From Pseudomonadota bacterium (GTDB lineage: Bacteria; Pseudomonadota; Alphaproteobacteria; Sphingomonadales; Sphingomonadaceae): a stretch of 54,870 bases of DNA. The translations under genes were made by a program, and so were the position numbers. The notes under the pieces are model-generated. The model made no database searches and was not told the DNA's origin. It saw nothing but the letters and a program-made list of their open reading frames with translations. Location: positions 1-54,870 of the forward strand of contig JBDKLL010000126.1 in NCBI GenBank assembly GCA_039795595.1. Reading direction: 5' to 3'. Shown here one piece after another: positions 49,511 through 54,870 of this stretch. Each line of letters begins with the position of its first letter. Position 1 is the stretch's first letter.

Positions 49511-50002
49511 TTGAGCCTGCTTCCCCACGATCTTGCCGAACTGGCCGCCCGCGTGATTGCGGAAAACCGCGCTGCGGGCCGCACCGTGGCGCTGGCTGAA
49601 AGCTGCACCGGCGGGCTGGTTTCAGCCGCGTTGACCGAAATCGCCGGTTCGTCCGATGTGCTCGATCGCGGTTATGTGACTTATTCGAACGAGGCCAAGC
49701 AGCAGGCGCTGGGCGTATCGCGCGATATCATCGAAACTTTCGGGGCGGTGTCGATCGCCTGTGCCTGGGCCATGGCGCAAGGCGCGCTGGAACGCAGCGG
49801 TGCCGATGTGGCCGTGGCGATCAGCGGGATTGCCGGCCCCGGCGGCGGATCAGAGCAGAAGCCCGTGGGGACCGTGGTGTTCGCCCGTGCGATCCGCGGC
49901 AGCGAAGAACTGATCGGCGAAGAACGCCTGCTCGACGGGTCGAGCCGCGATACCGTGCGCCATCAGGCGGCGCTGGTCGCGCTGGAGCTGTTGCTGCCGT
50001 AA
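49511..50002 (+). CDS. CinA/PncC family NMN deamidase
   Basis: [32 protein letters not shown]. Confidence 0.92.
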   Translation: MSLLPHDLAELAARVIAENRAAGRTVALAESCTGGLVSAALTEIAGSSDVLDRGYVTYSNEAKQQALGVSRDIIETFGAVSIACAWAMAQGALERSGADVAVAISGIAGPGGGSEQKPVGTVVFARAIRGSEELIGEERLLDGSSRDTVRHQAALVALELLLP

Positions 50003-50421
50003 AGTTGCCCGGCGCGATCTTCGAACGCGCTCACCATCTTGCGAAACGCACGGTCAAAATATTGCCCGGCCAGCTTCTCGAACAGCGCGTTGCGGAACGT
50101 GAAGCTGACGTGGAATTCCACTTCGCAGCCGCCTTCGACATCGCGAAATTCCCAGACGTTATCCAGATCGCGCATCGGCCCGTCGATGTAATGCACCTTG
50201 ATCCGGCCCGGCCGCTGCTTTTCAACGCGGGACGTGAACTTTTCACGCAATGCGTTGAACCCCACCAGCATATCGGCGACCATTTCGGTTTCGCTGTCCG
50301 ATTTGATCCGGGTTGCCACCACCCACGGCAGGAATTCCGCATAGCGTGCCACATCGGCCACCAGATCAAACATCTGCTGGGCCGAATAGGGCAAGCGCCG
50401 GGTTTCGCGGATGCCCGGCAT
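49963..50421 (-). CDS. RatA/PasT-type (Coq10-like START) cyclase family protein
   Basis: [28 protein letters not shown]; coupled to lipA stop. Confidence 0.9.
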   Translation of the reverse strand: MPGIRETRRLPYSAQQMFDLVADVARYAEFLPWVVATRIKSDSETEMVADMLVGFNALREKFTSRVEKQRPGRIKVHYIDGPMRDLDNVWEFRDVEGGCEVEFHVSFTFRNALFEKLAGQYFDRAFRKMVSAFEDRAGQLYGSNSSSATSAA

Positions 50422-51350
50422 CAGCTGCGCCGGGCCAGCCCGACTTGCGCCTGCCGCGCCGCCCGCATGTCCTTGAAATCATCGCCGGCGTGGTAGCTTG
50501 ACCGGGTCAGCGGGCTGGCGGCGACTTGCAGGAAGCCTTTCGACCGGGCGACCGAGGCATAGCTGTTGAAAATATCGGGCGTGACGAATTCGTTAACCGC
50601 AACATGGCGCGGGGTTGGCTGCAGGTATTGCCCCATCGTGATGAAATCGACCCCGGCGCTGCGCATGTCATCCATCACCTGATGCACCTCAAGCCGGTCT
50701 TCCCCCAGCCCCAGCATGATCCCGCTCTTGGTGAACACCAACGGATCGTGGTTCTTCACTTCTTCAAGCAGCCGCAACGAAGCGTAATAACGCGCACCCG
50801 GCCGGATTGTGGGGTAGAGCCGCGGCACGGTTTCGAGGTTGTGGTTATAGACATCCGGCCCGGCGGCAACGATCGCTTCGACCGATGGGCGCATCTTGCC
50901 GCGGAAATCCGGGGTCAGGATTTCGATCGTGGTATCCGGGGTTTCGCGGCGCAGCGCCTTGATCACTTTAACGAACTGGCTGGCCCCGCCATCGGGCAGA
51001 TCATCGCGGTCAACCGAAGTGATCACGATGTGCTCCAACCCCATCTTCGCAGCGGCGGCGGCGACGTGTTCGGGTTCCAGCGGATCGACCGCGCGCGGCA
51101 TCCCGGTCTTCACATTGCAGAATGCACAGGCGCGAGTGCAAATATCGCCCAGGATCATCACCGTGGCGTGTTTTTTGGTCCAGCATTCGCCGATGTTCGG
51201 GCACGCGGCTTCTTCGCACACGGTGTGCAGTTTCAGGTCGCGCATCAACTGGCGGGTTTCGCCATAACCCTTTGATGTCGGGGCCTTGACGCGGATCCAG
51301 TCGGGCTTGCGCTGGCGTTCGGGGCGCGGCGCATCAGCAAGGTCGTTCAT
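50421..51350 (-). CDS. lipA: Lipoyl synthase
   Basis: [34 protein letters not shown]. Confidence 0.98.
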   Translation of the reverse strand: MNDLADAPRPERQRKPDWIRVKAPTSKGYGETRQLMRDLKLHTVCEEAACPNIGECWTKKHATVMILGDICTRACAFCNVKTGMPRAVDPLEPEHVAAAAAKMGLEHIVITSVDRDDLPDGGASQFVKVIKALRRETPDTTIEILTPDFRGKMRPSVEAIVAAGPDVYNHNLETVPRLYPTIRPGARYYASLRLLEEVKNHDPLVFTKSGIMLGLGEDRLEVHQVMDDMRSAGVDFITMGQYLQPTPRHVAVNEFVTPDIFNSYASVARSKGFLQVAASPLTRSSYHAGDDFKDMRAARQAQVGLARRS

Positions 51351-51415
51351 GGCGCCCAGATAGGCGTATGGGCGCGGGGTTGCCAGCATGAATTTCCGAA
51401 GGCATCAGGCAGCGC

Positions 51416-52069
51416 ATGAGCCAAGGATTCTCCCCCTCGTTCGAACGCCTCGCCGCAGGTTACCGCCGCTTCCGCGCCACCGGATGGGCCACCAACCGCG
51501 AGCGCTGGTCAACCTTGCGCGATGGGCAGGAACCTGAAGTGATGGTGATCGCCTGTTCCGACAGCCGGGTGGACCCGGCGCAGATCTTCGACGTCGACCC
51601 CGGCGAAATCTTCGTCGTTCGCAACGTTGCGGCCATGGTCCCGCCGTTTGAAACCACCCCCGGCCACCACGGCGTTTCGGCCGCACTGGAATTTGCGGTG
51701 CAAGTGCTCAAGGTTAAAGAAATCGTGGTCATGGGCCATGGGATGTGCGGCGGGTGCAAGGCCGCACTGACGCGCGAAATGCACGGGACCAAACCGGGCG
51801 AAGGCGGGTTCATTGCTGATTGGATCGCCTTGCTGGATGAAGCGCGCGAACCCGTGGTGGCCGCACACGGCACCACCGGCCGCGTGGCCGAACGGGCGAT
51901 GGAACAGGCCGGGGTGCAGGTAAGCCTGAACAACTTGCGCACTTTCCCTTGCGTTCGCAGCAAGGAGCGCAGCGGCGAACTGCGACTAACTGGGGCGTTC
52001 TTCGCCATTTCAGACGGCCTGCTGCACGTGCTGGATGAAGCTGACGGCCAGTTCCGCCCGGTAGAATAA
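51416..52069 (+). CDS. Beta-class carbonic anhydrase
   Basis: ACSDSRV, RNVA, GHGMCGG. Confidence 0.94.
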   Translation: MSQGFSPSFERLAAGYRRFRATGWATNRERWSTLRDGQEPEVMVIACSDSRVDPAQIFDVDPGEIFVVRNVAAMVPPFETTPGHHGVSAALEFAVQVLKVKEIVVMGHGMCGGCKAALTREMHGTKPGEGGFIADWIALLDEAREPVVAAHGTTGRVAERAMEQAGVQVSLNNLRTFPCVRSKERSGELRLTGAFFAISDGLLHVLDEADGQFRPVE

Positions 52070-52073
52070 GCCA

Positions 52074-52126
52074 AAACAGAAAGGCCCAAACAGAAAGGCC
52101 CAAACAGAAAGGCCCAAACAGAAAGG
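52074..52126. repeat. 14-bp tandem repeat (aaacagaaaggccc, about 3.8 copies)
   Basis: Units at 52074, 52088 and 52102, partial unit at 52116. Confidence 0.95.
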
Positions 52127-52148
52127 GCGGCCATTGCTGACCGCCCTT
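52123..52148. terminator. Probable terminator between convergent genes
   Basis: aagggcgg-cca-ttgc-tga-ccgccctt; A-rich left flank gives a U-rich tail on the minus strand. Confidence 0.65.
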
Positions 52149-52173
52149 CCCGCTGTTCAAAGGTAATCCGGGC

Positions 52174-53577
52174 TTACTTGCCGGCAGCCTTGGCCTTGGC
52201 ATAGGCCGACCACAGTTCGGCAATCGGCTTGCGCACGCCGTCCACCTTGGCGAACGTGGCCTGAGCATCGGCATATTGGCCGGCATCGGCCTGGGCGATC
52301 CCCAGACGGGTCAGCACGCGCGGAGCATCCACGCCCGGCTTGGTCAAAGTGATCTGGTACATTTCCACCGCCTTGGCGGGCATGTCATAGCTGAGGAACG
52401 TGTCCCCGGCAGCCATGCCAGTTGCGGCCGTGGCCGCCGCCGCACGGGCATCACGTTCCAGCCCGGCGAACGAAGCCTTATCGGCGGCGATGCGGCCGGT
52501 GGCATTGGTCTTGGCATCGGCCACGAACGGGTCTGCGGCCTTCAGCTTGCCGGCGGTTACGCCTTCGTTGATCACCTTCAGCACTTCGCCCGGCAGGCGG
52601 CGCGGGTCAGCAGCCTGAATGTATTCGACGAAATCACGTTCTTCCGAGAAGCTGTTGGTGCGTTCCATCAGCCGCATCAGATCGATCAGGTCCTGCAACT
52701 GGTACTTGCCCAGATCGCGCTGCACGGCGATCGCCAGCGCCCAGTTTTCCGGGGTGGGATAGCCAGCCGCCAAGCGGGAACCGAAAGCACCGGCGTAATC
52801 CAGTGCCTTGGCCTTGTAGGCCACGACGATGCCATGGCGCAGCCATTCTTCAGAAGCGGCCGCACCCTTGGCGTCAACCGCGGCCTGCAACACCTTCAGC
52901 CCTTCGAGCGGCTGATTATCGGCGATGTAGGCATCGGCCAGCAGCGATTCCACGTTGTTTTCGGTGTAACCGGCAGCCATCGCCGCGCTAAGCGCAGTGC
53001 GCGCGGTGGCGAAATCGCGCATGTCGAACGAAATGCCGCCGATGTAGAAGTTGAACTTGGCAAGCTCGGTCGCGGGCAGTTTGCCGCTTTCGACCATCGA
53101 CTGCAGGCCGCGGCGCTGGAGCAGTTTGTCCATCGCCACGTTGCCCATGTTCAGCGCCAACTGACCAGCCAGATACTTGTCATCAGGCGTCGCCGCGGTG
53201 GCGAACGCCTGATCGATCGTGGCCTTTTCTGCGGTCAGCGCAGTGCCAAGCGCGGCCTGCGCGGCGTCCCACTGGGTTTTGGCCTGCGCCCGGGCATCCT
53301 TGCCCTGCGCCGAACGGTAAGCGTTTTCGGCGTTGGTCACAGTGGTTCGTGCGGTGGCCACGTCGGGGTTCTTGGCGGCCTTTTCAAGCGCACCGGCGGC
53401 AGCCTGATACACCGGGATGAAGGCTTTGCTCGGGGTCAGCTTGGGGGCGGCTTGCGCCTTATCCTGTGCCTTGTCCTTGGCAGCCGCGGCAACCGGAGCA
53501 ATCATCGCACCCGTGGCGACGCCCAGTGCAAGGGCCACACCCATTGCCGACCGAGCGAAAAGCTTGCTGCGAACCAT
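52174..53577 (-). CDS. Secreted Ala-rich helical-repeat (TPR-like) protein
   Basis: Signal peptide; TPR-like segments such as LTRLGIAQADAGQYADAQATF; AAGGAG ribosome-binding site. Confidence 0.7.
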   Translation of the reverse strand: MVRSKLFARSAMGVALALGVATGAMIAPVAAAAKDKAQDKAQAAPKLTPSKAFIPVYQAAAGALEKAAKNPDVATARTTVTNAENAYRSAQGKDARAQAKTQWDAAQAALGTALTAEKATIDQAFATAATPDDKYLAGQLALNMGNVAMDKLLQRRGLQSMVESGKLPATELAKFNFYIGGISFDMRDFATARTALSAAMAAGYTENNVESLLADAYIADNQPLEGLKVLQAAVDAKGAAASEEWLRHGIVVAYKAKALDYAGAFGSRLAAGYPTPENWALAIAVQRDLGKYQLQDLIDLMRLMERTNSFSEERDFVEYIQAADPRRLPGEVLKVINEGVTAGKLKAADPFVADAKTNATGRIAADKASFAGLERDARAAAATAATGMAAGDTFLSYDMPAKAVEMYQITLTKPGVDAPRVLTRLGIAQADAGQYADAQATFAKVDGVRKPIAELWSAYAKAKAAGK

Positions 53578-53867
53578 CGTTGTCTTTCTCCTTCGCGTCC
53601 GTCAGGCCAGAGACGATCCCCGGTTGCACGGAGCAACTTCCATACATTGCGCCATTGGCGGGATTCAGCCCGTTTGGCAACAGGCCAGCGCATTAGGTGG
53701 CAACTGCTGAACGGCATTTGAATGCAACTGGGCGCGTTCGGTTGTGCGCCGCGCCGCAAGTGTGGAAAAAAGGGTGCAAAGCCAGCGCCAAGGTGGCCTT
53801 CTTGAAGGCTTTGGCCTAGGGCCGAACGTACTCGACCGTCCTAACAACAACAGCCGAAAACCAACGC

Positions 53868-54870
53868 GTGAGCGACGAAACCGAAACTTTGGAACCCACT
53901 GGTCCGCTGGGCGAATTCCAGCGCGTCGACATCGTCGATGAAATGAAGACCAGCTATCTCGATTACGCGATGAGCGTGATCGTGTCCCGCGCGCTGCCGG
54001 ATGTGCGCGATGGTTTGAAGCCGGTGCATCGCCGCATCCTCTTCGCCAGTCAGGAAGGCGGCTTCGTCGCTGGCCGGCCGTATCGCAAATCGGCCAAGAT
54101 CGTCGGCGACGTGATGGGTAACTATCACCCGCACGGCGACGCCGCGATTTACGACGCGCTGGCCCGTATGACCCAGAATTGGTCGATGCGCCTGCCGCTG
54201 ATCGATGGTCAGGGTAACTTCGGTTCGATGGACCCCGATCCGCCGGCGTCAATGCGTTACACCGAAGCGCGGTTGGCCCGAGTGGCGAACTCGCTGCTCG
54301 ATGATCTCGACAAGGATACGGTCGATTTCACCGACAACTACGACGGTTCACGTCAGGAACCGACCGTGCTGCCGGCCCGTTTCCCCAATCTGCTGGTCAA
54401 TGGCGCCGGCGGGATCGCGGTGGGCATGGCCACCAACATTCCGCCCCACAACTTGGGCGAAGTGATCGATGGCTGCCTGGCCTATATGGACAACCCGGCG
54501 ATCACGTCGGAAGAACTGATCCAGTATATCCCCGGCCCCGATTTCCCCACTGCCCCGCTGATCCTTGGCTCGGCCGGCGCGCGGTCGGCTTATCTAACCG
54601 GGCGCGGCTCGGTTATCATGCGCTGCCGCCATGAAATCGAGGAAGGCCGCGGCGATCGTCGTTCGATCGTGCTGACCAGCATTCCCTATCAGGTTGGCAA
54701 ATCGAACCTGGTCGAAAAGATCGCTGAAGCGGCCAAGGACAAGCGGATCGAGGGCATCTCCGACATTCGCGATGAATCCAACCGCGAAGGCATGCGGGTG
54801 GTTATTGACCTGAAGCGCGATGCGACCCCGGAAGTGGTGCTGAACCAGCTGTGGCGCAACACGCCGGCGC
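53868..54870 (+). CDS. gyrA: DNA gyrase subunit A (3' end truncated by window)
   Basis: GTG start; [45 protein letters not shown]. Confidence 0.96.
   Translation, partial: MSDETETLEPTGPLGEFQRVDIVDEMKTSYLDYAMSVIVSRALPDVRDGLKPVHRRILFASQEGGFVAGRPYRKSAKIVGDVMGNYHPHGDAAIYDALARMTQNWSMRLPLIDGQGNFGSMDPDPPASMRYTEARLARVANSLLDDLDKDTVDFTDNYDGSRQEPTVLPARFPNLLVNGAGGIAVGMATNIPPHNLGEVIDGCLAYMDNPAITSEELIQYIPGPDFPTAPLILGSAGARSAYLTGRGSVIMRCRHEIEEGRGDRRSIVLTSIPYQVGKSNLVEKIAEAAKDKRIEGISDIRDESNREGMRVVIDLKRDATPEVVLNQLWRNTPA

Noticed and set aside
49963-50421. RatA-like gene as a toxin-antitoxin module
   Set aside because: No partner antitoxin; lipA-linked Coq10-like genes are conserved housekeeping context
52074-52126. 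Possible CRISPR array
   Set aside because: 14-bp head-to-tail repeats with no spacers and no cas genes in the window
52276-53721. 481-aa plus-strand ORF
   Set aside because: Mirror of the minus-strand gene, which has the ribosome-binding site, signal peptide and typical codon usage

Overview
High-GC alphaproteobacterial chromosome segment; gene content and order point to a sphingomonad, Novosphingobium-like (inference). Most of it is housekeeping: dnaK(partial)-dnaJ, radA-cvpA, alr, phaR, proS, rnr, pdhC-lpdA, tRNA-Ser(TGA), mltB-like, tmk-holB-metG-tatD, mazG, hflX-hfq, dusB-ntrBC-ntrYX, ispDF-cinA, lipA, beta-carbonic anhydrase and gyrA(partial). A dif site at 38114-38141 and a switch in KOPS orientation across it place the window at the replication terminus. 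The most interesting part is the accessory block at about 18.9-31.9 kb. It holds a four-gene operon of secreted DUF11-type proteins whose DUF11 domain is split: the last strands sit at the N-terminus as a possible donor and an incomplete acceptor domain sits at the C-terminus. With a 1687-aa putative outer-membrane partner, this suggests a donor-strand-complemented, possibly isopeptide-crosslinked surface fibre. Next to it is a DUF2946/CruR-like ORF with a QAPP arrest-like motif ahead of a TonB-dependent receptor and a PepSY_TM gene. All family calls are from motif recognition by eye; no searches were run.
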